Shown piece after piece: positions 40,384 to 53,230 of a stretch of DNA of 64,000 nucleotides (within the stretch, counting starts at the first letter, position 1; each line of letters begins with the position of its first letter). A model generated the notes under the pieces. The model had not been told where the DNA came from. It saw only the letters and a program-made list of their open reading frames with translations, and searched no databases. Where the stretch lies: NCBI GenBank assembly GCA_951406725.2, contig OX597830.1, positions 33,666,001 through 33,730,000 on the forward strand, read 5' to 3'. Both the position numbers and the translations under genes were made by a program. The stretch comes from Octopus vulgaris. Lineage: Eukaryota.

Positions 40384-40555
40384 AAACAAATAAAAATAAA
40401 TACATTGCAGTTTTCTCATTTCTTTTTTTTTTTTTTACCCCATTTTTTTTTTGTTTTAGTTTATCATTTCTTTTGCTTTATGTTGACGTTAATTGCGAAA
40501 CAAATTCATTAAGGGAAGAAAAATTCAGAATCCCCTCCTCTCCAAAAAAGAAACA

Positions 40556-40596
<41 letters not shown>

Positions 40597-40944
40597 TGAT
40601 GATGATAATAATAATATTGATAAGAAGGACAATAATGAAGATAATAAAAGATAAATATGTAAAAGTAAGCAATTAATAATTAAAGAATGAAATAATAAAA
40701 TTAAAATGAAGATAAGTGAAAGTAATAAATTTTTAAATATAACGAAGTAAAAACAACTCAGAAAAATGTATTCTAAGAATAATACAAAGGCTAGAATAAA
40801 GACAAAACTATACAAAAAGCTAAGTTCGGGCAGTTTAAATAGAAACCTTTTCCTCACCTCCCACTCACTCTTAAATAATACAATTGGTTTCAATATAGAG
40901 ACACAGATTCAATATCACCTCTCATCTATTATAAATATACATGC

Positions 40945-40987
<43 letters not shown>

Positions 40988-41999
40988 TATATATATATAT
41001 AGTTATATATATATGTAGTTATATATTTATATATATGTAGTTCAAGTTTATTGTTTCACTAATTATTCTATTAAGTTTACTGTTGGACCGAAATGTGGTG
41101 GAGGTCTGAGGCAGTGGATACTGATGGTGGGAGAGTGGTGGTGGGCGTGCTTGGTGTTGACGGTGAGAAGCTTCAAATAGAAGATGATGAACAGTTGCAA
41201 TATGAAGAGAAATAATGGAAACAAACACACAACCCCTGGGTTAGAAAACGATAACAAATGAGAAGGAGATGGAGAGAGAAAGACTGAGAGAGATAATTAT
41301 ATTCCAGTCTATGAGTTGGAGCAAAGTCTGCACCCACTCACCTTTATACACATATAAACACATATACATATATATCCTGTGCGTATCTATCCATCTATTT
41401 ATTTATCTATATCTATCTATCTATAGTGTGTATGTTTGTACGTATATGTACATACATATATATGTGTGTAAATGCATGGCGAGCTGGCAGACACCTTAGC
41501 GCGCCGGGCGGAATGCTTAGCAGTATTTCATCTGTCATTACATTCTGAGTTCAAATTCCGCCACGGTCAACTTTGCCTTTCATCCTTTCGGGGTTGTTAA
41601 ATAAAAGTACCAGTTTCGCACTGGGGTCGATGTAATCAACTTAATCCCTTTGTCTGTCCTTGTTCGTCCTCTCTATGTTTAGCCCCTTGTGGGCAATAAA
41701 GAAATATATATATATATATATATATATATAAGTCAGTTACATGGCCCCAGTACTTGACCGGTACTTGTTTTATCAACCCTGAAAGAATGAAATCGAAGCT
41801 GGCTTTGGTGAATTTAATGTTGGAACTTTAACTTAAACAATTGCTGCATGGAAGACATAGATTAATGATTCAAAAACACAAAATGATAATTAATTTCACT
41901 TAAATCGACCATAGTGCTTATTTTTTTTGTTATTTGGTATCAATATTTCTGTGCTAACTGAAAGCTGATAACTGACAAGATAATCAGTGTTATCTTTTA

Positions 42000-42210
42000 C
42001 TGACCAAATTGAGAAGGACCAAGAGTGAACAATGGTGAGAGCAATGTGTGGTGTGCAACTATTGGATAAAAGGAGGGCTGAGGACTTGATGGGGATGCTA
42101 GGGGTTGGAGGAAATGGTGGAACAGCTGACGAGGGCAAATGGAGTGTGGTGGTATGGACATGTGTTGAGGAGGGATGAGGATATTGTTCTGAAGAGACTG
42201 CTTGAGTTTA
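42000..42210 (+). mobile_element. RTE LINE ORF fragment
   Basis: Frameshifted MVRAMCGVQLLDKRRAEDLMGMLG / LEEMVEQLTRANGVWWYGHVLRRDED, the RTE W(Y/F)GHV.R motif. Confidence 0.75.
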
Positions 42211-42506
42211 AGATGAATGAACTGTGAAAGCGAGATTAACATGCAGGTGGCTGAGTACTCCACAGACATTTCTACCCCTAATGTAGTTCTCAGGAAGATT
42301 TGAGAGTGTGACAAGGCTGGCCCTCTTGAATTACAGGAACAACTTACTTTTGCTAGCTGAGTGGACCTGAGCAATGTGAGATACACACACACACACACAC
42401 ACATATATACACACATGTATGTATATATGCATACATATGTATAATATATATACATACACTGCCTTGCTCTGTAATAAATCATAAATGTTTATATACACAC
42501 ACACAC

Positions 42507-42542
<36 letters not shown>

Positions 42543-42638
42543 CGGGAAGCTTTATGAAAATAAATAAAAGACGAAGGCAGGTGGAATACAAACAAACAAT
42601 TGTATTAGTATGGCGCTCAGGAATATAAATAAAACAAG

Positions 42639-42676
42639 TCTTTTACGTTTCGAGCCTATTCTCTTCAACAGAAAGA
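42639..42676 (-). ncRNA. Minimal hammerhead-like motif with U6 core, in a (TA)n-bounded element (42541-42724)
   Basis: tcttt CTGTTGA a gag-aatagg-ctc GAAAC GTA^ aaaga, with a 5-bp helix I. Confidence 0.55.
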
Positions 42677-42724
42677 TACACAGAAAAGAAACACGGAGAG
42701 AAACAAGGAGAGAAAAAAAATGCG

Positions 42725-42842
<118 letters not shown>

Positions 42843-43687
42843 CACACACACATATATATATATATATGCATGTGTGCACCCATAAAGAGAAAGTAATGTT
42901 TATCTGTTTACCTATTGAACACAAACTCTCATTGTTAGTCATTCATTCTGTGCTTCATTATATATTTAGCTAGCAAAATCATTAGTTTTTGATTATGCCT
43001 GTATGACCTGTTCAATGATCTCTTTTGCATCATATATCCTATAAAATAATGACTATACATACATTACACATACATAATACATGCACACACACACATTTTA
43101 CTGTTGTTTACTTCTGTCATTGGACTGCAGCCCATGCAGAGATACCGCATTGAAGGGATTTAGTCAAAGAAATCAACCACAATACGTTTTTTTTGGTTTG
43201 TTTGAAGTCTAGTACAAATTTCATCATTTATGGGGATGTAAACAAACCAACATCCATTATGAATTAGAGGTGGGGATAATCACACACAAATGTGCAATGA
43301 ACTTCCTTCAGTTTTTGTTTACCAAATCCCCTCATCAAACATTAATTGGCCCAGGGCTGAGTAGAAGACACTTACCCCTGGTGCCTTGCAATGGGACTGA
43401 ACCCAAAACCATATGGTTTTACTATACAGCTCTACCTGCACCTCTATGCTGTGGTGTGGTTGTAAAGAATAATAAATCTACCCACAGAATTGTTGTATGT
43501 ATTATTGATTATTTTGTGTATAATTTATAGGAAGCCCTTTCATTAATCTTCGTTTAATTAATCATTAGTTCGTTAACTTATTTATCATGATAGTGGTTGT
43601 TTTTTTGAAATAAAAACATCAGTCTGAAGAAACTCAATACATAACAGATTGTGATTGTGATAGTCATCTGTCTGACTGTCCGACTGA

Positions 43688-43742
<55 letters not shown>

Positions 43743-45169
43743 ATGCTTATGGTACATAAAATGTATCCAGTATTGGTTGGCATTAGGAAGGGCATCCAGC
43801 CATAGAAACCATGTAAAAAATGATTATTCGAATGCAGGTAGCTCTCTGGTTAGCCAGCTCCTGTCAAACTGTCTAAATCATGGAAAACGGATGTTAAACG
43901 ATGATGATGGTGATGATGATGTATGCCACAATACATCCCAAATCTAGAAACCGTTAATCATTATCCTAGCAGGATTTAGACTTCCAATGAACGCAATATT
44001 GCTATATCAATACGTGTAATAATACAAACAACAAAACTACTGTAAACTATGGACATTTTAACAAGTTCAGCCTTATGAGAATGAAGAAAAACTCGGGATA
44101 ATGAGGCTCCAAGATATAAAAGATTCACACATAACAAGCATATCAGGCATATATTGCCATCATCAGCTGCCTAACAAATATCGCTATGGTTTTGATACAT
44201 TTACAGTTGAATTACACCTTCTGTTTGATACTTTGTTTACCTCAATAAAAGATGTGCTCAAAGCAAAGATGGACAAGACTACACATCCCAGACTTTTCAA
44301 TTGCATCGTTCTACCTTGATGGGAGAGGTCTGGGTCAAATGTGGTAAGTAGTTTGCTTATCAACCACATGGTTCCAGGTTCATTACCACTGCATGGCAAC
44401 TTGTGAGTGGATTTGGTAGATGGAAACTGAAAGAAGCCTGTCATATATATATATGTATGTATGTGTGTATATGTTTGTGTCTTTGTCTCCCCTAACATCG
44501 CTTGACAACCGATGCTGGTGTGTTTACGTCCCTGTAACTTAGTGGTTCAGCAAAAGAGACTGATAGAATAAGTACTAGGCTTACAAAGACTAAGTCCTGG
44601 GGTTGATTTGCTCAACTAAAGGCAGTGCTCCAGTATGGCTGCAGTCAAATGACTGAAACAAGTAAAAGAGTAAAAGAGTATACCAGACAAAACGCTTAGC
44701 AACATTTTGTCTTTATGTCCTGAGTTCAAATTCTACTGAGTTTGACTTTACTTTTCATTGTTTTGGGGTTGATTTGATAAATACCAATTGAACATTGGGG
44801 TCAATGCATCAACTTAACCCTTACCCAAAATTGCTGGTATTGTGCCTAAATTTGAACCCATTATTACTTTTGAAAGATACAGTGAGGGATTGGCAGATTA
44901 GCTGGAGCACATGGCAAAATATTTTGTGTTATTATTTGTTTCAGTTCTTTATGCTCTGAGTTCAAAACTCACCAATGTCGAATTTGCCTTTCATTTTTAT
45001 GGGGACAATAAAGTAAAACTGCCAGTTATGTACTGGGATTGGTTTATCCATCATACCTCTTCACCCCCATGGACACCACCACCAGATTTCTTGTCTCTTG
45101 CCTTTCTTAGAAACAATGATTAACTTTAAAAGATATGAATATCCAACAACACTGTACAAGTCCTGTAAT

Positions 45170-45717
45170 TACAAGGGTAAGTCAAAAAGTAATGCCATTT
45201 TGTTTAGGGCAGGTATAATTACCAACACAGGAACATGTATCATAAATCAAAATGAAGCTGGTCCTCTGTGGATTACATCTCTATTTCTCAACATAGTCAC
45301 CATTTCTCTCAATAGCAATGTATCCCTGTCCCGTAAAATTCTGTTGACTGTTCTTTGAACCACTTCTTCATTACAATTTTTCACTTCCTCGTCACTGGAA
45401 TAATGTTTGCCTCTCAAACCCTCTTTCATGGGGCTGAAGAGATGATAGTCCAGTGACGATGATAGTCCATTGATGAGGAAGAGAAAACTGTAGTGAAGAA
45501 TAGGCTCAAAGAACAATCAACAGAATTTCACAGGGCAGGGATACATGCTCTCATTCAAAGGTGGAACATTGCTATTGAGAGAAACGGTGACTCTGTTGAG
45601 TAGTAGTAATGTGATCCACAGAGGACTAGCTTCATTTTGATGTATTATATATGTTCCTGTGTTGGTAATTATACCTATCCTAAACAAAGTGGCTTTACTT
45701 TTTGACTCACCTTCGTA
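45170..45717. mobile_element. Mariner-derived foldback element made of two inverted transposase 3' ends, TA-flanked
   Basis: tacaagggtaagtcaaaaagta...tactttttgactcaccttcgta, with inverted arms longer than 150 bp. The minus strand has DYHLFSPMKEGLRGKHYSSDEEVK. Confidence 0.85.
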
Positions 45718-46088
45718 GCATCTTACGTGGTGCATTCATCATCATGCTTGACTTCAATCAACAAATAATGAAATCAGAGGTATTTGAAGGATATGTATAT
45801 CCTTGTCAATGGTTTGCAGCAACACCAGTGGATTTACAAAGTGGTCAACATTAGTCCTGTAGACTGAGTCACTTTTATAATAGTTAACTGTGACTCTCAA
45901 CAATGAATAGGTTCATTCATAATTCAAAATTTGAATCAAATCCTGAACTTTACAGTCTGAATTTCACAAGAGCTGAAGACATATTCAGCTGCCGATTTCA
46001 GTTCAGTTACTCATAAGTAGTCAAGTAGTGATTTTGGCTTGCCACAGCAAGGTTCCCAGTCTGGCATTCTTCCCACTGGCCACTGAGC

Positions 46089-46570
46089 CATTGTTCTGTA
46101 AATGATAATTGCATGATTAAATAGACTTTATATGATGCATGATTGCAACATCTGAACAACATTTCCATAGACGTATGTCTGCGTTTTGTATAGAAAATTA
46201 AAACAAAAGTTATAGAAAGAAATAATCAAAAAGCAATATATTCTTAGTCAATAAAGCACACAGAACATTTGAATAGTACAGTCCTTAATTTTACCAATTC
46301 CAAGATTCATCGCACTTGGTCGAGCAATTTTCTCTAAGCAGAAACACAATGAGAATGTAATCTTTGTAATCGAGTTGAGAAGGTTGCCGATTGGAATATT
46401 AATAGCCAAATAGTGGCTAGAACAAAAGATGTATTTGGGAATATTCTACAGACTGATTTACTGATAATCGGAATGTTCTCAGAAGCAATCGTTTCTATAT
46501 GAGATAAAGTGCTTTCTTAATTTAGACCAATCCTGGCAGCATGCAATGCAATCATTGGTCACTTACATAT
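46089..46570 (+). pseudogene. Probable heavily decayed Penelope-like GIY-YIG endonuclease fragment
   Basis: CSVNDNCMIK*TLYDA resembles CPLNG.C....IVY.A and the segment at 19752. ECNLCNRVEK downstream matches C.LC..EK. Confidence 0.5.
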
Positions 46571-46736
46571 TATGAAATCATTCCCAGTTTGGTTAATATT
46601 CCTGGTAAATAAAAGACTAATATATACGCATTAATGTGTGTGTGTATGTGTATATATATATATGTGTATATATATATGTGTGTGTGTGTCTATATGTTTG
46701 CATGTGTGCATACATATATGCATGTTTGTGTGTATC

Positions 46737-46802
<66 letters not shown>

Positions 46803-46814
46803 CCTATCTATCTA

Positions 46815-46889
<75 letters not shown>

Positions 46890-46986
46890 GTGTGCGTGTG
46901 TGTTTGTGTGAAAGTGAGTTAAATATGATGAGACAATAAAGCCAAGGGTGTGTGGAAATTTCAGGATATTTATAAAGAGAAAGTTA

Positions 46987-47034
46987 GTCTTACAGCTGTT
47001 TCTGGGATATTAGTGATATCCCTTCATCAGAGAC
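46987..47034 (-). ncRNA. Minimal type I hammerhead ribozyme, canonical core
   Basis: gtct CTGATGA a gggatat-cacta-atatccc a GAAAC agct GTA^ agac. Helix II is 7 bp and helix III is the palindrome ACAGCTGT. Confidence 0.8.
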
Positions 47035-47248
47035 GATATGAGATGGTTACATAGAGGGAAATAGTAGAGTTCAAAAGAAGGAGTTATCTTGGAAAATGGA
47101 AATAAGAAGTATAAAGGGAAATAAGAAAATAAAAGTAAAAATTGCTTTCAATCTCTCATTTCCCTTTCTATTTCTTACTGCCATCCTTTTCCAAAATAAC
47201 TCCTTATATTGAGCACTACTATTTCCCTCTATTTAACTCTCTCACATC

Positions 47249-47307
47249 GTTTCTGATCAAAGGATATCCCTAAAATATCCCTAAAATCCCAGAAACAGCT
47301 GTAAGAC
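47249..47307 (+). ncRNA. Degenerate mirror copy of the 46987 hammerhead (G8C)
   Basis: gttt CTGATCA aaggatat...atccc a GAAAC agct GTA^ agac, with a small duplication in helix II. Confidence 0.6.
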
Positions 47308-47473
47308 TAACTTTCTCTTTATAAATGTCCTGCAAATTCCACACAACCTTGGCTTTGTTGTCTCATTTTATTTAACATATACATGCTCATACCGAGAGTT
47401 TAACTACGTTCCTTCCATGGCACTTACATAGCCTTGCCTTTCACCTTGGGTCTTCTGGATATCAATACCACTC

Positions 47474-47533
<60 letters not shown>

Positions 47534-47917
47534 GTTCATGTTATTTCTATTTTTCTAACCTAGTATGGGTAAGATGAATATATTGAGGCTGGATGCCATT
47601 CTTGTTACTAACTGTTATCTGGGGTCCCTTATTTCATGTTTTCAAATGCTCAAAGTGAGTGAACAATTTGTTGATAGGAGTGACTACAATAGCTTTGCTT
47701 GACTTTCACCAAATCCCCTCACAAGGTCTTGGGCAGACACACATAGCTAGCAAGCTATATGTATATATATATATATATACGTTTAAATATTTGTTGTGCA
47801 AGATTTTTTATGTGAAGTCGTGTGTTGAAACAGATATTGTTATATTTCGGAATAAACTGGCAATATGACCATTCCGAAATATAACAATATATATATATAT
47901 ATATATATATGCATATA

Positions 47918-48253
47918 TGGGTACAGGACATCACCAACAGTAAACAACATGAAATACTAACACCACAAGGGAAACAAATGGAAAACAGGACAAATAACAT
48001 AAAGGACGACCCTTCATCAGTTGTCAGCTGTCTATCTATTCCTCATTTCGAGCATTGAATGATAATATGAGTCTTCGAAGACAGTTGCTCCCATAAGTAC
48101 CAAAATTAAATTTGGGATTTATGGATGATCAAAGTTGGGAAGAGTCATTCTTTATGTTACTTGTCCTGTTTTCCATTTATTTCTCTTGTTTGTGTATTGA
48201 ACTCATTTGTTTTTATATTTCGTGTTGTTTCCTGTTGGTGACATCCTGTACCT
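47918..48253. repeat. Element with interrupted terminal inverted repeats between (TA)n tracts
   Basis: gtacaggacatcaccaacagtaaacaacatgaaata pairs with tatttcgtgttgtttcctgttggtgacatcctgtac. aaatggaaaacaggacaaataacataaag pairs with ctttatgttacttgtcctgttttccattt. Confidence 0.75.
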
Positions 48254-48298
48254 ATATGCATATGTATATATATGTGTGTGTGTGTATGTGTAAGTATG

Positions 48299-48344
<46 letters not shown>

Positions 48345-48431
48345 TGTGTGTGTGTACAGACGCCATGATAGATCGTTAGCCACTACACACATCTTTTTCT
48401 CTCCTTGTTTCTCTCCTTGTTTTCTGTGTCC

Positions 48432-48467
48432 CTTTCTGTAGAAGAGCGTAGGCTCAAAACGTAAAAG
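48432..48467 (+). ncRNA. Second copy of the U6-core hammerhead-like motif (also G12A)
   Basis: cttt CTGTAGA a gagc-gtag-gctc AAAAC GTA^ aaag. Same family as 42541-42724 and the fragment at 8884-8965. Confidence 0.5.
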
Positions 48468-48558
48468 ATATTTTCTATTCCTGAGCGTTATACTAATACA
48501 TCTTTTTGTTTTGTACACCACCTGTCTTTGGCTTTTGTTTTTTTCTGTAAACTCTCCC

Positions 48559-48592
<34 letters not shown>

Positions 48593-49171
48593 TATATATA
48601 TCTGTATATATATATATGTGTGTGTGTATATATTGTTGTAACTGTATTTAAATTCTATTATAAAACTCATAGCCCTTAATCATATGTCAACAGAAAAGAT
48701 ATTTCCTTTTTATATTTATTTCTAAACTACATCTTGAAATGGCAGGAGTGGCTGTGTGGCAAGAAGCTTGCTTGTCAACCACATGGTTTCAGGTTCAGTT
48801 CTACTGCATGGCACATTGGGCAAAGGCCTTTTCCCGAGTCTTGAGAGTGAATCTGGACTGTTTGAACATAGGACAGGGAGAATATCTTGGCAGGATATGA
48901 CCAGTTGAAATGCTAAAGAGTTAAATTAGAAATTGTTTCAGCATAACTTCCCCTGACCCTTATCGTCATCACTCTAATGTCCACTTTACTGTACTTACAT
49001 GGATCAGATTAAACTTGGGAGACAGAAATTGAAAGAAGCCAATCATGCAAATATATATATTTATATATGTGTTTGTATGTGTGTGTGTGTGTGTGAATGT
49101 GTGTGTCTTTGTGTCAGCAATCGTCCCCCAAATAGTGTTGGTGTGTTTACATCCCCGCAGCATAGGGGTTA

Positions 49172-49577
49172 CTTAGTTACTTGTTCTTGTGGCGACATTC
49201 ACCCTGGGCAGGTTGAGTCAGCTTCTTCCACCACCCTCGAGGCATTGTATTTGCCATTGAGAATTAATGGAAGAAGTTTCGTGGGAATATGTAGATTTGA
49301 CAAACGGTCCCCAACAATCCCGCATGTAGAGACATCCTGTTTGCCGCAGATTGTCTGCAGACGCAGGGGCAGAACGACCAAGGAGCCGCTGGTTGCCGAA
49401 ACAGACACTCCGAGGATTTTCACCAGAGCCCTGTCTGCCGGGTTGTGGCCTTAATACCACTCGGTGTCAGACCAATCCGCCTTGGGTGGCCCTACCAGGA
49501 ACCAAAGTTCCTGACGGCATAGCTCTGACACTACTTGTTGCCAGCATCCCCACCGCCGTGAGGAGGGGATGGACTTT
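49172..49577 (-). mobile_element. Young non-autonomous RTE-type short retroposon inserted in a family A SINE
   Basis: 7-bp TSD ggggtta (49165-49171 and 49578-49584). GC/CpG-rich, with a 5' leader gagctatgccg...ctggtagggccaccca resembling RTE 5' UTRs and a 3' tail aagtaactaagtaa. Confidence 0.75.
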
Positions 49578-50353
49578 GGGGTTAGACAAAAGTGACCAAT
49601 AGAATAAGTACTAACTTAAAAAACAAAGTACTGGAATCAATTTATTCAACTAAAAATTCTTCAAGGTGGTGCCCCAGCATGGCCACAGTGTAATGACTGG
49701 AAGCAGTGAAAGATAAAAGATGAGGTAGCTCTTCATTCAGAAAAACTGAGTGATTGCTACTCATTCCCTAATGTATTTTCTGTCTCTGGTCTCTGTTAAT
49801 GATGGAGTAATCTCCTCCTTTTCCTTTTGAGCTCAAAAAGGAAGAAAGGCACAAGGGACAAGTATAGAGTTATATATGCACACTATAAAATCTGTAATTC
49901 TACTGAAAGGGAGATACCATTATTTCACTATGGAGACTTAGTTGCAGAGTTAATATTAGATATGAATAGTTCCTCCCCTCCCCCTCCACCACTCCCCTCC
50001 CCATCCCCCTCTTCATCTCCTTCCTCTTCATATTCTTCCTCTCTACTTCCTCTTCATCTTCTTCTTCAGCATCATCAACATCGTCATCAGCATCATCACC
50101 ATCCTCCTCCTCCTCCTTCTCCGCCCCCTCCTCCTCCTCCTCCTCATCATCATCATCATTTTACATCCATTTTCCCAAGCTGGCATGGGTTGGACAGTTT
50201 TAACAGGAACTGGCAAGGCCAGGAGCCACACCAGGTTCCATAGTCTCTTTGAGCATGGTTTCTACAGCTGGATGCCCTTCCCGATGCCAACCATTTTACA
50301 GAAAGGACCGAGTGCCTTTTTACTCAGCACCTAATTGCTTCACATCATTTACG

Positions 50354-50398
<45 letters not shown>

Positions 50399-51675
50399 GA
50401 GGTGCAATGGCCCAGTGGTTAGGGCAGCGGACTCGCATTCGTAGGATCGCAGTTTTAATTCCCAGACCGGGCATTGTGAGTTTTTATTGGGCGAAAACAC
50501 CTAAAGCTCCACGATGCTCTGGCAGGGGGGGGGGGGCGATCCCTGCCGTACTCTTTCGCTGCAACTTTCTCTCACTGTTTCTTCTGTTGGCCTGAAAAGG
50601 CAGCATCAAAGAAGCAGTAGGATTAAAATGAGCAACAAGAAAGAAATTTTCCTGTGGTAGCATTCTTGATGGCTGAAGAATATCATTTAATTAGCATTAA
50701 GAGAACAGGAACTGTATGAAACCTTACCTATCTGATGTCCAACAGTCTAGAATTAAAATAGGTTGGTGGCTTCCAAGAAAGGGAGAAAGAGGCGGTGGAG
50801 AGTAAATACATCTATGATAAAACAGTTTCTAAACAATTTCTATAATAGAATCCTTGCCCACAACAACTGGACTTGACATCTGAAGTCATCTAAAGAAGAA
50901 GAATATATTTTAAATTGCTTTACATAAATGATGACCAGAATAAATAAATATATTGGTGGCTCGAATAGGTAATACATTAGTGAGGGTTGCAGAGGGAGGA
51001 AGATGATAGAGAGAGAAATAGAGAGAGAGAGAGAGAGAGAGAGTTGGTTGGAGAGGTAGACAAAAGTTGAGGGAGTTGGTAAAAGAAAGTGAAAGGAGAG
51101 AGAGAGAAGGAGAGAGTGTAGGGATGATTTAGGGTGAGATTAGGTGAAAAAGTGTCATTTGGGAGAAAGAGATGGAGAGAAAGAGAAGGGAGAGAGAGAG
51201 AGAGAGATGGTGAGAAAAATTAGCAAAAAGGGAAAGAGAACGAGAGTCACTGCAAGAAAGAGACGGACAAAAAGAGAGGAAAATGTTGTTGTGAAGAACG
51301 GAGAGAAAAGAAGAGAAAAATAAGGAACGGAATATTTAATGAGAGAAACAGACACAAAAGGAGAGTTAGTCGGTGAGAAAGTGAGAGCAAGCAAGTAACA
51401 GAGAGAGAGAGAGAGCAATGCCGGAGATGAAGCAAAGAAGTAGTAAAGAAGAGCTTGATTTGAGTTTGAGGAAATATTGGTCAGTGGCATCAATTAATCT
51501 AAACAATGATCTGCTTGGACAGTCCTCAAAACCATTTTATAGTTTTACCAAGAACGACTGAAGGCACTCATTTCAGGATGTTTACATTCTTTTACTTTCC
51601 CATAATTCTTTGCTGGCAGCAGAGCGGGGATGGAGGGAAGAAGGACAGAGGATTATTATTTTTGTTTTATTTCAC

Positions 51676-51710
<35 letters not shown>

Positions 51711-51891
51711 TTTTTTTTTTTTTGGTATTTTCTTTTCCTTGTTTTTCTTTATCTTTTCTTTATCTTCCTCTTCTTTTATTATAGGAAGGTGTTTTGTTTC
51801 TGCTAGTTTGTGAAGCAGCAGTTTTTATCTCCTGTTATAACCTCTTGCTACATACATATGTAAGTAAGTGCAGATGTGTGTGTGTATGTGT

Positions 51892-51928
<37 letters not shown>

Positions 51929-52049
51929 TGTGTACATGCATGTGTATATCTGTATACAGATTACAGTGAAAGTATGCATACATCTGGGTGTAGTTATACA
52001 CGCATATGTATTTAAAAAGTAATATACAAGTTCAAGCAGTGGAATATAT

Positions 52050-52082
52050 ACATACATGTATATGCATTTATATATATGTGTG

Positions 52083-52132
<50 letters not shown>

Positions 52133-52306
52133 GATATATATATGTATATATACAAATATAAATATATATACATACATTTATGCATGTATATGTGTATGTG
52201 TATGTAAATGTATATGCATGTATATATATTTATATACATGTATATGGATAAATATATATGTATATGCATATATGTATATATGTATATATGTATATGTATA
52301 TATGTA

Positions 52307-52365
<59 letters not shown>

Positions 52366-53230
52366 ATATATTTATGTATATATATATATATATATATATG
52401 TAGTTTTGATTTTCTTCAATATGGTATTTTTTGGTATTACTGATTTTATTGTTTGTTTTGATGGTTAATGGTATTTATTAGAGTGAGGTGGGAGGCAAGG
52501 GAAACTGATGAGAATGGTTTGGTTATTACATACTGTGTTGGAAGGTCAAGACAGTATAGTAGGTTTGATGTAAGTGGTGGAGATGGTGGTGCTGGTTTGT
52601 AGTGACTAGGTGGGCGGTGAAAGTGGTGGTGTTGGCGATGGAGGTGGTGGTGGTGGCGGTTTTGGTGGTGGTTAGTGTTGTGGCGGTGGTGGAGGTGGTA
52701 TAGGAAGTTGATTGGAAGGGAAGGTGTTTCAAAGCAAGAAAATGAGAAATCTCCATAGTAAAATAGATATCTGTTGCACATCACTTACCACACTCACACA
52801 CACGTGTGTGTGTGTGTGTATGTGTGTGTATGTATATGCATGTTTACACACACATACAAACGTACATGTGTATATGCTTGTGTCTGTGTATGTATATATA
52901 TAAAAGTATATATATATATATGTATGCACATGTATATGTATATATATATATATGCACGTGTATATATATATACATATATATGTATGTATATATGTATATG
53001 TATATATATATTTATACATATATATATATGTATATATGTGTGTGTATATATATATGAGTGTGTGTATATATATATACACACGCACGTTTGTGCATGTATA
53101 TGTTCATTACCTCATACATATGCATATACACACACACACACACTGACATATGTACACACACACATATATATTCATACATGCACATGTGTATACGTGTGTG
53201 TATGTGTGTGTGTACGTATGTGCACACATA
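52050..53230. repeat. Long compound (TA)n/(TATG)n/(TG)n tracts around a (GGT)n-rich segment
   Basis: Direct inspection. Confidence 0.9.

Larger units (their letters stand above)
46918..47376. repeat. About 210-bp diverged inverted repeat with a hammerhead in each arm
   Basis: Arms at about 46918-47125 and 47153-47376 are reverse complements, with (TA)n tracts nearby on both sides. Confidence 0.85.

Noticed and set aside
44235-44316. RTE-like peptide FTSIKDVLKAKMDKTTHPRLFNCIVLP (similarly 34560-34710 -)
   Set aside because: Probably LINE debris, but too short to annotate with confidence.
48016-48022. CTGATGA on the minus strand as another hammerhead
   Set aside because: No correctly placed GAAA, helix III or NUH follows, so it was not counted.
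48999-49454. 151-aa ORF with normal composition
   Set aside because: It spans SINE sequence and the antisense strand of the 49172-49577 insertion, with no recognisable domain.
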